Assembly (NCBI GenBank): GCA_044225505.1
Contig: JBGAIN010000045.1
Location: forward strand, 1-47,838
DNA: 47,838 nucleotides
Direction of reading: 5' to 3'
Origin: Limisphaerales bacterium
GTDB lineage: Bacteria; Verrucomicrobiota; Verrucomicrobiia; Limisphaerales; SIBE01
The position numbers were made by a program, and so were the translations under genes. Shown in pieces: positions 27,426-36,740 of the stretch; the stretch's first letter is position 1; each line of letters begins with the position of its first letter. Below the pieces are notes generated by a model. That model saw nothing but the letters and a program-made list of their open reading frames with translations. It made no database searches and was not told where the DNA came from.

Positions 27426-29341
27426 AAGGAGGACAGAGTCCGACGCTGGTAACCGCGTCCCAGGATCCACGCGAGAGCGTGAATTGCGGCGACGAGCAGC
27501 AAGAGTACAGCCACGCAGGCCCAGGCTTCGTGTTGCGCCTGAGGAAGAGGCGATAAGGCCAGTTGGAAGATGTGAAGGGGGAGCACGTCAGATGTGACGT
27601 CCCAACTTGCCTGCGATAAACGGGGGACGCTCGTGGCAAAGAGGAGTGGCGTCGTCATGCCGAGACCGCGAGCGGCGGCCAGGAGAATTCCCTGAGCGAT
27701 CCGTGGGCTGGCAGCTCTGCCCGTAATAAAAAAAGCGATTTTCCAGCGCGCCACTCCCAATGCCAGGCCTCCTTCGCGGTAACAGGGTGGAACCTCGCGC
27801 AAAGCCTCTTCGGACGACCTCAGGATAGACGGAACTAAGATCAGGGCGAGCGTTATGACGCCCACCCAGGATGCGTAAACGCCATTGGTCAGGGTCAGGA
27901 GCCCAAACAGAGCCATCCCCCAAAACAGACCAGGCAAATCCTGAAGGGCATTCGCAGCGTGTCGAATCCAGTGGCAGAGCAGGGAGGGATGTTTTTCGAC
28001 GAGAAAAGCCGCCCCGAACAGTCCTATGGGAATGCTCATTCCGAGCGCTGCGCTGAGCATAGCCAGACTAGTGGCTGCTGCGCGGCCGACTGAATGGAGC
28101 GAGACAGCGTTCAGACTTGGGGCGGGGCTGGACCAAAGATGGCCCATCGATTCCAGTGCGACGGCGAACGCCTGCCCGAGCCAGAAGGTGGATGAACCCA
28201 GAACCAACAGCGACCCTCCCGTGATAGCTGCTTGCAATATCCGTCGCTTTGGCTGAAGCCAAACGCCCTTTCGTTTCAGAGCAGCGAACTGACTTCGCCA
28301 AAACATCAGGAACGAAGCTGACGAGGAGACGATGTGGCGCCATTGTTGCCGGCTGCGCGAGCCCTGGCCGCTGTTGGCTGCGCGCGTCGATGATGGAATG
28401 AAGACGTCGGGTTCTGGTCGGGTTTCACCCTCGGCATTCTGAAGGAGGTGACGAGCGAATGTGGCCAGCGCGGCGGCCAAGATGAGCAGGATCAAGGTCA
28501 CCTGAAAAAGAGTCCTCAAATGTCCAGGGCCGGTGACGGCGTTGAACTCTGTCGCGAGCAGGCTAGCCAGGGTCTGGCCAGAAACAAATTTGGCGTGGAA
28601 TGAATCGGCATACGACCGGAGAAAGAGCGTGACGACTATCACTTCGCCAAGGACCCGTGTCGCCCCCAAGAGCACTGCGCCGGCGAAAGGCCGGCGAGCG
28701 TAGCGCAACGCCACAATCTGAACGAAGTCCCAGCGAGTTCCACCCAGCGCAAATGCTCCTTGCCGCCACTCCGGGGCGAGGCGCTCCAGGATCGAGCAGC
28801 CGCGAGAGGTGATCATTGGTGTAATCAGGAGTCCGCATAGAACTCCGGTTGGAAGCAGGCTTCCCTCGGCGTTTACGAAAACGCAGGACGGCCAGAATGC
28901 CGAGGTGGTGAGCCCGGCCAAGAGCGGATGTGACTGGATCCAGGGGAGGAAGACCTGGACGCCCCACAGGCCAAGAACGATGCTGGGAATTGCGGCGATA
29001 AAATCCATCAAGGCCGTGGCAGGTTTCCGGAAGTTTGGGGGCGCAAATTCAGTCAAGAAAACAGCCGTGATCAGGCTGAGGGGGGCGGAAATCAGGACCG
29101 CGATGCATGACGTGACTAAAGTGCCACAAAAAAGTGAGCGGGCACCGAACTGGCCTCGGGACGGAATCCACTCTGCTGCTGTAAAAAGACCCAAATCCGA
29201 CCAGCCGATCTTTCGGAGAGCCAGAGCCAAAATGGTGAGGAAGATCCAGAGGATGACCACTCCCGGGAGCGACGCCAGGCTGAGCGCCACGAGGCGCCAG
29301 AGTCTGTCACTCAGCGACGAGCTCTGAGTGAGAGGATTCAT
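27422..29341 (-). CDS. Fused PstC-PstA phosphate ABC permease (divergent)
   Basis: PstC half: GTLVTS, AAIPSIVLGLWG, GAFALGGTRW. PstA half: IPIGLFGAAFLVE, SEEALREVP..REGGLALG, LAAARGLGMTTPLLF. One continuous ORF. Confidence 0.8.
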   Translation of the reverse strand: MNPLTQSSSLSDRLWRLVALSLASLPGVVILWIFLTILALALRKIGWSDLGLFTAAEWIPSRGQFGARSLFCGTLVTSCIAVLISAPLSLITAVFLTEFAPPNFRKPATALMDFIAAIPSIVLGLWGVQVFLPWIQSHPLLAGLTTSAFWPSCVFVNAEGSLLPTGVLCGLLITPMITSRGCSILERLAPEWRQGAFALGGTRWDFVQIVALRYARRPFAGAVLLGATRVLGEVIVVTLFLRSYADSFHAKFVSGQTLASLLATEFNAVTGPGHLRTLFQVTLILLILAAALATFARHLLQNAEGETRPEPDVFIPSSTRAANSGQGSRSRQQWRHIVSSSASFLMFWRSQFAALKRKGVWLQPKRRILQAAITGGSLLVLGSSTFWLGQAFAVALESMGHLWSSPAPSLNAVSLHSVGRAAATSLAMLSAALGMSIPIGLFGAAFLVEKHPSLLCHWIRHAANALQDLPGLFWGMALFGLLTLTNGVYASWVGVITLALILVPSILRSSEEALREVPPCYREGGLALGVARWKIAFFITGRAASPRIAQGILLAAARGLGMTTPLLFATSVPRLSQASWDVTSDVLPLHIFQLALSPLPQAQHEAWACVAVLLLLVAAIHALAWILGRGYQRRTLSSL

Positions 29342-30566
29342 CGAATTCCAGATTGGCCAGGTCGATCTCCTGCCGGGTTGTGGGACGCAAGGTAAAGAAG
29401 AATGTGCTGCCTTTTCCAAGTTCACTCTCCAGCCAGACTTTACCGCCATGTGCTTGGATGATATGTTTGACGATCGAAAGACCCAAACCTGTGCCGCCAG
29501 CTTCGCGTGAGCGGGCTCGGTCCACTCGGAAGAAACGTTCGAACACACGCGCCTGCGCCTCCGGCGGAATCCCAGGACCGTCGTCTATCACGGCGATTCG
29601 CATTTCAGCAAGGCCTGTCGACTCGCTTTGAATGTGGATCGATCCTCCGTCCCGACCGTATTTGATGGCGTTTTCCAAAAGGTTGAACAGGACCTGCTGA
29701 AGGCGTTCGGCATCGCCGGCCACCAGGAGTTCTTTGGCTAGGTGATTCTCGATTCGCGCTTTCCTCTCGTTGGCTTTGCTGCTCAGGTCGTCGATGACGC
29801 GCTCGGTCAAGTCGTGCAAACGAACCGGAGTCAGAGCTAATGTGGCCGGACCGCTCTCCAGTTGCGAAATGGTCAGGAGATCCTCGATTAAGAAGCTCAG
29901 CCGGTTGGCGTGCTTCTGAATCGTCAGAAGAAACTTCTGCACCTGATCTGGATCATCCTCGGCGCAGTCCAAGAGTGTTTCGACGAAACCCTTGATGAGG
30001 GAGAGAGGCGTCCGGAGTTCGTGGCTCACGTTGGCGACAAATTCCCGACGGGTGTTTTCAAGCTGTTTTATCCGTGTGAGATCGTGAAAGACGTAGATGC
30101 TTCCGTGCTGTTGTCCGGATTCATCAGTGACGACGCTGGCGTTGATCTCGAGCAAACGCGCCGGAGAACCTGGCAATTCCAGCTCCGCATGGCGAACGAC
30201 ACCGCGCACGGGCAAACCAGCCGCCATGTTAGCTAGGAACGGCAGCCGGACGGCTTCCAAAATGGTTTTCCCGCGCAGTTCCCCGTTCAAATGAAGCAAT
30301 TGCCGGACGGAACGGTTGGCAATGGTAATTCGCTGACTCTGGTCTAACAGGAGAACGCCTTCTCCCATGCTCTCGAAGAGAGCGCGTTGCTCGGCATGGG
30401 CTTGGAGCGATATTCGTCGTTCCATTTCCAGAAGTTCCCGAGCTGCCGCCCGCTCCGTCATCACCCGATTGCGCCATTCACGCTCGCTCCGCCGCCGACC
30501 GATGTTCGCGAAAAAGGCTCCCAGGCCGCAACCAACCAGCCCAATGAGAATATACGTTACGTCCAT
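29307..30566 (-). CDS. phoR: PhoR-like PAS sensor histidine kinase
   Basis: Single N-terminal TM segment, PAS (FESMGEGVLLLD), REFVANVSHELRTPL, NLLENAIKY, DDGPGI and FFRVDRARSREAGGTGLGL. Confidence 0.88.
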   Translation of the reverse strand: MDVTYILIGLVGCGLGAFFANIGRRRSEREWRNRVMTERAAARELLEMERRISLQAHAEQRALFESMGEGVLLLDQSQRITIANRSVRQLLHLNGELRGKTILEAVRLPFLANMAAGLPVRGVVRHAELELPGSPARLLEINASVVTDESGQQHGSIYVFHDLTRIKQLENTRREFVANVSHELRTPLSLIKGFVETLLDCAEDDPDQVQKFLLTIQKHANRLSFLIEDLLTISQLESGPATLALTPVRLHDLTERVIDDLSSKANERKARIENHLAKELLVAGDAERLQQVLFNLLENAIKYGRDGGSIHIQSESTGLAEMRIAVIDDGPGIPPEAQARVFERFFRVDRARSREAGGTGLGLSIVKHIIQAHGGKVWLESELGKGSTFFFTLRPTTRQEIDLANLEFDESSHSELVAE

Positions 30567-30669
30567 GACGGTCGGTTCGACGGCCGGAGCAGCCCGCAAT
30601 AGACCGGGGTTGGCGAAGGCCGGAAGGCCGTCGGCGGCCAGAGGCAAACGCTTAGACGTACGCAGATTG

Positions 30670-30689
30670 GCATGTCATTGATGACATGC
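30670..30689. promoter_or_regulatory. Perfect 9-bp inverted repeat upstream of phoR
   Basis: GCATGTCAT-TG-ATGACATGC. Confidence 0.55.
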
Positions 30690-30700
30690 TAGATGGGGAT

Positions 30701-30740
30701 TGTGTCATTCTGGTGACAAGTAGGTGACCTCCAGGTAAAA
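30701..30740 (-). promoter_or_regulatory. Pho-box-like 11-bp-period direct repeats
   Basis: Minus strand: TTTTACC-N4-GGTCACC-N4-TGTCACC-N4-TGACACA, upstream of the phoR-pst-phoU operon. Confidence 0.65.
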
Positions 30741-30870
30741 ACCTTGATCTCAAAGGGCCGACGGGCGATTGCGATCCTCGGTGCATCGGCATGCCGAGTT
30801 CGTCCTGTCGGTTAGACATTTCGCCGGTTAATAGCGTGCGTTCGGCCTTCCAAGCAATGTTATCCGCCGC

Positions 30871-31080
30871 TTACGCCAGGCAAACTTGGGAGCCTCTGGA
30901 CGCTTCCGGATTCAAATCCCGAAACAAGTCACTTCCGAAGTAGACCAAGGTTTCGACATCCGATAGGGATTCAAGCTGTAACAACCGGTGGCTGAACTGA
31001 TTCTGTTGCTTTAAGAAGGACCATTCCTCAACGGAAAAACAGCGCTCGAGAATCCGACAAAGTTGGTCTTGCGTGTCCAT
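30871..31080 (-). CDS. Small hypothetical protein (69 aa)
   Basis: ATG start and natural-looking composition in an otherwise empty intergenic region; no family recognised. Confidence 0.4.
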   Translation of the reverse strand: MDTQDQLCRILERCFSVEEWSFLKQQNQFSHRLLQLESLSDVETLVYFGSDLFRDLNPEASRGSQVCLA

Positions 31081-31336
31081 TGTCGGACGCGATTATGCCG
31101 AGGCCGAAGGGAGACGCAATGGGGAGTTATTCACATGTTGTTCAGCCAGCCGTCCAGCTTAGACGGTAGTGCGGGTTTGCTAACGAACACGGAGCGAGGC
31201 GATTGCGAATGCGGCGATAAACGTCAGTAATATCGAGAATGGTCTTTGCCACTCTAAGCAATTCGGAGAACGTAAGATAGCGACGAGCAACCAGCGCCCG
31301 AGAACGGGAAACCCTACATCTGATAAGGGAATCCTC

Positions 31337-31363
31337 TAAAGGTTATTCAGGATCCTCCGATAT
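31337..31363 (+). promoter_or_regulatory. Sigma28 (FliA) promoter
   Basis: TAAAGGTT-N11-TCCGATAT versus consensus TAAAGTTT-N11-GCCGATAA, upstream of a chemoreceptor gene. Confidence 0.7.
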
Positions 31364-31507
31364 CTTCTTGGGCTTTAGGCGTGCGACACGTGCTTTTTGG
31401 GTTCTTTCGCGATTGCTTCGATGGCACTTGAAGCTAGCCCGAATCTTCCGTGTTGGTTTCGGGACACAACTAAAACACAGGGAACTGCTTTAGACGCGAC
31501 TCATCAA

Positions 31508-33709
31508 GTGAATACACTGCTTTGCCAGATCCAAATCCGGTACCGCCCGCTGTTGATCGCTGCGGCGCTGCTTTTTCCTTTAGGAGGGTTGTTTTGTTTC
31601 ATGTGGATAGGGTTTTCCAATGACCTGGAATTTGCCCGGATGGAGATCTGCGGCAATCGATTCCAGAGACCGCTGGAAAGGTTGCTCAAGCTGCTACCGG
31701 AACATCGGGGACTAAAACTGGGAGTGCTTGGCAACGAACCGGGGGCAGGGGCGGCAGCGTCCGCCAAGGGGATCGAGATTGAGGCAGCCTTAGCTATGTT
31801 ACGGGAAGCGGACCTTGCCGTGGGAAGAGATCTGGACTTTACGTCAGAGCGACTGCGCCAGACCCAGCGCGAAGGACTATTAGCGAGTCGCATGCAAGAA
31901 CGGTGGACGGAATTGAAGAACACTGGGATGACCCAGAATGCGGACGCTATTCGGGCGGCGCACGATCGTTTAATCGGTGACGTGCGTGCAGCGATCAGCT
32001 ATGCAGGCGACACATCCAAGCTCATCCTGGATCCCGAACTTGATACCTACTACCTCGTCGACGTCACGTTAGGAGCGCTGCCCAGCCACCAGGAACGGTT
32101 GGCACGACTGACCGATTTTCTTAGCCAATCTCCCGCCCTCGAAGCGGCCCAGCGCATGCCGTTGGCAGTGCTGGCAAACCAAATTCGAGAATCAGACTTC
32201 GACCGCGTCTTGGGGAGTCTTGCAATCAGCGGACGCGAAACGGCCCGGCTTCGAGGTGATGCCAAAGCCTTTCAGTCGACTCTGGAAGGACCACTGCAGC
32301 GCTATCGAACAGCGGCTGAGGAGTTGCTCAGCGCGTTGGACGCTGGCGTGACCAATTCGAGCACGACGGTGGCGACGCAAGAGTTGCGACGCCGGAGCGA
32401 GACCACGAGGGAAGCGAGTTTCGCGTTATGGGACGCCAGCGTCAATGAACTCGATCGGCTTTTGAACTTGAGGATCGATGGCTTTCGTGCGAAGCGAGCG
32501 CGGGCATGCTGGGTTGTCGGAATTTTCCTGGTTGGAGCCGCGCTGGTCTTTTGGATTGTGGTTCAGAGTATCACTCGACCTCTATTACGGCTTAAGCTCG
32601 CGACTCATGCGCTGGCCAACGGCGATTTAACAACCACCATTCCTGCGTGCGAACAGAAAGATGAGCTTGGGGATCTGGCTCGGGCAACGCAAACGATGAA
32701 GGAGAACTTGCGTCGATTGCTTCTCGAGGTGGCCGAGGGAGTTCAAACCATGGCGTCCGCGTCGACCGAGTTGAGCGCCGCTTCCAACCAGTCGGCAGTC
32801 AATGCGAAGGCGTCTTCCGAAAAAGCGGCGTTGGTGACCAGTGCCGCCGAAGAGATGACATCGAGCGCCAGTTCGGTTGCGACTGGCATAGGGAAAACGA
32901 CGGAGAACCTGAATATGGTGGCAAGCGCGACCGAAGAAATGACATCGACCATTGGCGAAATCGCCCGGAAGTCGGAGCAGGCGCGTGCGATCACGGCCGA
33001 GGCTAACCAACAAGCCGGCCGAGTGACCGAGTTGATGTCCGAGTTGAACCGTGCCGCGGACGCGATCGGCAAAGTCAGTGAAACCATCACGACCATCTCG
33101 GAGCAGACGAATCTTCTCGCTCTCAATGCGACCATCGAAGCCGCACGCGCGGGGGCCGCTGGGAAGGGCTTCGCCGTCGTCGCACACGAGATCAAAGACC
33201 TGGCGAGGCTGACAGCGGAAGCGACTGAGGATATTAAGAACAAAGTCAGTGGAATTCAGTCATCGACCCACGGAGCGGTGAGCGATCTGCAGAGGATCGC
33301 CGAAGTCATCCACCATGTGACAGAGAACGTCAACACCATCGCGTCGGCGATCGAAGAGCAATCCGCTGTGACCAAAGATATCGCTCACAATGTGGCGGAA
33401 GCCGCGCACGGGGTAAAAAGTTGCAGCGCGGGTGTCTCGCAAATCTCAGAGGTTTCTGGCGCCGTGGCTAAAGACCTGGCTTCGGTTAATCTGGCGGCGA
33501 CGGAAATTGTGACGGGCAGCGAGCAGGTGTTGATGAGCTCCCAAGACCTCTCCAAACTCGCGGAAGCACTGCGCGGAACTGTAGGACGATTTAATGTTGG
33601 CCAAGGGAGCGAGACTGGCACATTCGACGAGTTTGACCCGTTGCCGGTGCAGAACCGGATCGTTCAACGCCATCCTGAGGCGGTGTATGTCGGAGCACAC
33701 CGCAGTTAA
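31508..33709 (+). CDS. Methyl-accepting chemotaxis protein
   Basis: Two TM segments flanking a periplasmic domain ([11 protein letters not shown]), HAMP (ITRPL..DELGDLA) and [27 protein letters not shown]. Start uncertain. Confidence 0.95.
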   Translation: MNTLLCQIQIRYRPLLIAAALLFPLGGLFCFMWIGFSNDLEFARMEICGNRFQRPLERLLKLLPEHRGLKLGVLGNEPGAGAAASAKGIEIEAALAMLREADLAVGRDLDFTSERLRQTQREGLLASRMQERWTELKNTGMTQNADAIRAAHDRLIGDVRAAISYAGDTSKLILDPELDTYYLVDVTLGALPSHQERLARLTDFLSQSPALEAAQRMPLAVLANQIRESDFDRVLGSLAISGRETARLRGDAKAFQSTLEGPLQRYRTAAEELLSALDAGVTNSSTTVATQELRRRSETTREASFALWDASVNELDRLLNLRIDGFRAKRARACWVVGIFLVGAALVFWIVVQSITRPLLRLKLATHALANGDLTTTIPACEQKDELGDLARATQTMKENLRRLLLEVAEGVQTMASASTELSAASNQSAVNAKASSEKAALVTSAAEEMTSSASSVATGIGKTTENLNMVASATEEMTSTIGEIARKSEQARAITAEANQQAGRVTELMSELNRAADAIGKVSETITTISEQTNLLALNATIEAARAGAAGKGFAVVAHEIKDLARLTAEATEDIKNKVSGIQSSTHGAVSDLQRIAEVIHHVTENVNTIASAIEEQSAVTKDIAHNVAEAAHGVKSCSAGVSQISEVSGAVAKDLASVNLAATEIVTGSEQVLMSSQDLSKLAEALRGTVGRFNVGQGSETGTFDEFDPLPVQNRIVQRHPEAVYVGAHRS

Positions 33710-33718
33710 ACGCGCTGA

Positions 33719-34789
33719 CTAGGGCTTGGCCCATGCTGGCTGGAGTTTGCCGTCGGCGTCGAACTGGACAGGCAAAATGCCTGGACGTTCCTGCCAGGGC
33801 GCGCCCGGATCGCTCCCAAAGTATGTCGACCACCATTGTCCCTTCGCATCCGTGAAGAACACATTGTGCCCACCGTGTGGGATAGCCTCGTAGCGCGGGC
33901 TGTACGGTCCGTAAAGTTGCGTGGAGGTAGCGACGGTGCAGCTATATCTCCCGTCAAAGTTCTCGGCACACGAGAGATAATAACGTCCCTCATGCTGAAA
34001 AAGGAACATGCCTTCGTAGCCGATGTGGTCGAAAGAATTCGTCCCAAAAATGCCGGCGCAAAGTGTGGAATGATGCTTTGGATCGGAGTCAACGGCAGAG
34101 CTCTTGAGCCAGCGGAACGGTTCGGCAAAACCGGTTAAGTCAGTGGTCATTCGTGCGATCTTGCCGCTGTGCCATAGAAAGTAAACGGAACCGTCGCGGT
34201 CTTCGAAGAGCGACGCGTCGATTTCGTCACCCAGGCGTTCATTCGGGTGGACATCTTCATAAGGGCCTTCGGCTTTTCCGGTGGTGCTCCTCAGCAAGCC
34301 ACTCCCGGATGTCTTCGCCGTCCCGTCCCAACCTGGCATGCTGTAGGTCAGCCAGAATGTCTTTCTCAAATAGTGGATTTCGGGGGCCCAGAGCGGCTTC
34401 TTGGCCTTCAAGAAAGGCTTGTGCCAGGCGCTTGTTCCGTACCGCCAGATCATGCCGAGCGCTTCCCAACGCTCCAGGTCCGGTGAGCGCCACACGGAAA
34501 TCCCCTCGTTATAGCTCCAAAATGGGGCGACCGTGCCGGTCATATACCAAACACCGTCCGGACCGCGGCAGATGGATGTGTCCCTCAGGGGAGTGTCCAG
34601 CAACTGGCGAAGGGGTAGCGGTCGCTCGGGTGCTCCAGGCGCTTTGGTGGTGAGCAGGGTTTGTCCAAGAGGTTGGATCAGTGAAGGCGTCTTTTCTTGA
34701 ATTGCGGAAGCTGGAGCGGCCGAAGGAGACTCCATGACCAATCCAACGCTTGCCGAGAAGAAAACCAGAACGAGAATAGAACGACGCAT
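33719..34789 (-). CDS. Glycoside hydrolase family 43 protein, secreted
   Basis: Signal peptide; LRDTSI, WAPEIHY, IDASLFED and YEG motifs. Confidence 0.88.
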   Translation of the reverse strand: MRRSILVLVFFSASVGLVMESPSAAPASAIQEKTPSLIQPLGQTLLTTKAPGAPERPLPLRQLLDTPLRDTSICRGPDGVWYMTGTVAPFWSYNEGISVWRSPDLERWEALGMIWRYGTSAWHKPFLKAKKPLWAPEIHYLRKTFWLTYSMPGWDGTAKTSGSGLLRSTTGKAEGPYEDVHPNERLGDEIDASLFEDRDGSVYFLWHSGKIARMTTDLTGFAEPFRWLKSSAVDSDPKHHSTLCAGIFGTNSFDHIGYEGMFLFQHEGRYYLSCAENFDGRYSCTVATSTQLYGPYSPRYEAIPHGGHNVFFTDAKGQWWSTYFGSDPGAPWQERPGILPVQFDADGKLQPAWAKP

Positions 34790-34959
34790 GGCCAGAGAAT
34801 GACAAAATGTGTTTCAGTTGCAAAGATTGCCGAGGCTAACCGCGCCTAGACTTCATCACGCCGTGAATTCGGGGAGTTCCTCCGTGTGCGCTTTTACGAG
34901 TCGGTGGGCATCGGCTTCGGACAAACCCGCGGATCGCGATCGATCCAGGATGGAGAGGT

Positions 34960-36456
34960 TCATCGCGAGGGCTCCGGATCGATGGGGCGATTCAGCGCCG
35001 GCAGGTAGGCCCGAAACGTGGTGCCCCGTTCGAGGTCGCTTTCGATCCAACCATTCAGTCGCGCCACGATGCCGCGCATCGATGCCAGGGCCACGTCTGG
35101 AATTTCTTCGCCTCTTTGAGCCGCTGATGATGCACTGATCTGTACCCCGGGCGGTGAACTTGCTGGGGTGCTTCTATACGCTGCGGAAAGGCAGACAAAT
35201 CGGCCTGACGGACGTTGAGGTTGGTCAGCGCGACTTTCGCCAACGAACAACACGAGGGTGGTGCGGATAAGAAGTTGACCACCGCGCGGGAGCGTCCCTC
35301 GAGCTTGAACTGCCAGAAGGACGAGTAGTTCTTCGACCATGCCCGTGTCTAGCTCGACCAACGGGAGGTCGGTCGCGCCCTCGAAGTGAAGGTTAATCTG
35401 ATCGCCGGCCAATCGCTCGAGTGTTTTAAGGACGCCGACGACAAGTTCATTTAAGGCCAGCGGTTTGAGAACACTGGGAGAGCGTCGCCCCAAGGCGTGG
35501 AGTTGGCGAATGAGGGTGGCGGCCCGGCGGGCTTCTGATTCCAGTTCTTCCAGAGTGCGGCGTGTTTCCACGGACAATCTGCCATTCATCCGCAGCAGCC
35601 CGAGGTGCATCATAATCGTCGCGAGGATGTTGTTGAAATCGTGAGTGGTGCTTCCAATCAGCTGATCGACCGCCTCGAGTCTGTGCAAATGGCAATTCTG
35701 ATCTTCAAGCTTCTTTAGGGAAGTAACATCCTCGAGGGTCGCGAAGAGTTGGATGGGCTCTCCGTGGACCTGCCGACTCGCGGAAAGATGCATTTTGAGA
35801 TGGAGGGTGCGACCGTCCTTGCGCACGAATGGCATCTCCACAGAGTATTCGCGTGTATTGCCCGCAAGACGCTGCGTCAACGTTTCCCAGCTGAGATTCG
35901 CGGTCCCGGAAAGGGGGACTTCGCGGATGTCCATCTTGAGAAGTTCGGATCGTGAAAATCCTGTGAGGCTGCAAAGGCGATCATTGACCTGCAGCCAGCG
36001 GCCCGTCCGAGTGTCTATCTCGCCAATCCCAATGGCGGTCGATTCGAAAATCGTCCTGAACTGCGCCTCCCGCTTTTGGCTGAGCTTATGTTTGGAAACT
36101 ACAGTATCGATGACGGCTCGGAGTTCTCGATTATCGAAAGGTTTGAGGACATAATCGGTGGCATGACTGGTCTCGGTCTTTGTCCATTCCGTCTTGTTTC
36201 CAGCGGCAACGACAAGGATGACGGGGACGTTGTGTTGTTCATGCAAAACCTCAGCTGCTGTGGCGACATCTGCCTCGCCGGAGAGATCGATGTCAAAGAG
36301 GATCGCGTCCGGTTGAAAGTCTTGGATTTGCTCCCGCGCGCCCGATTCGGAAGTGCTAACCTCGGCGATGGTATAACCCAAATCGATGAGTCGCTGCTGG
36401 AGATCGGCACGGAGCGATGACTCGCCTTTCACAAGAAGCAATCGACTTTGACTCAT
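34960..36456 (-). CDS. REC-PAS-HisKA signalling protein with degenerate ATPase domain
   Basis: REC domain (PDAILFDIDL, YVLKPF), PAS S-box (FRTIFES..VNDRLCSLTGFS) and HDFNNIL H-box; N/G boxes eroded. Confidence 0.8.
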   Translation of the reverse strand: MSQSRLLLVKGESSLRADLQQRLIDLGYTIAEVSTSESGAREQIQDFQPDAILFDIDLSGEADVATAAEVLHEQHNVPVILVVAAGNKTEWTKTETSHATDYVLKPFDNRELRAVIDTVVSKHKLSQKREAQFRTIFESTAIGIGEIDTRTGRWLQVNDRLCSLTGFSRSELLKMDIREVPLSGTANLSWETLTQRLAGNTREYSVEMPFVRKDGRTLHLKMHLSASRQVHGEPIQLFATLEDVTSLKKLEDQNCHLHRLEAVDQLIGSTTHDFNNILATIMMHLGLLRMNGRLSVETRRTLEELESEARRAATLIRQLHALGRRSPSVLKPLALNELVVGVLKTLERLAGDQINLHFEGATDLPLVELDTGMVEELLVLLAVQARGTLPRGGQLLIRTTLVLFVGESRADQPQRPSGRFVCLSAAYRSTPASSPPGVQISASSAAQRGEEIPDVALASMRGIVARLNGWIESDLERGTTFRAYLPALNRPIDPEPSR

Positions 36457-36740
36457 TCTTCCTCCTTAGCGCTCGATGGTCGCGGGGACAGGGCCGAAAA
36501 GCACCCATCGTGACCGAGCCATCGGTCACCGCATCGATTCCCCCCGACATCCCCAAAGTGCGCTTCCACTTTTGCCCAGAACGAATACCCGTCGCTATCA
36601 TATCGGCTTAATTATTAGCAGCAATAAGATAGTGAAGGTGATGCCCGTGAATGGTCTGATATCTGCGGCCAGCCGGGCTCTGACGACAGCCCTCGATTGC
36701 CCGGTTAGACCTTTCGGTCCATAGGCGCGAGGCAAGCTGA

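Noticed and set aside
34856..34963. 35-aa ORF coupled by an ATGA overlap to the pseudo-kinase
   Set aside because: Too short, with no recognisable feature to support it
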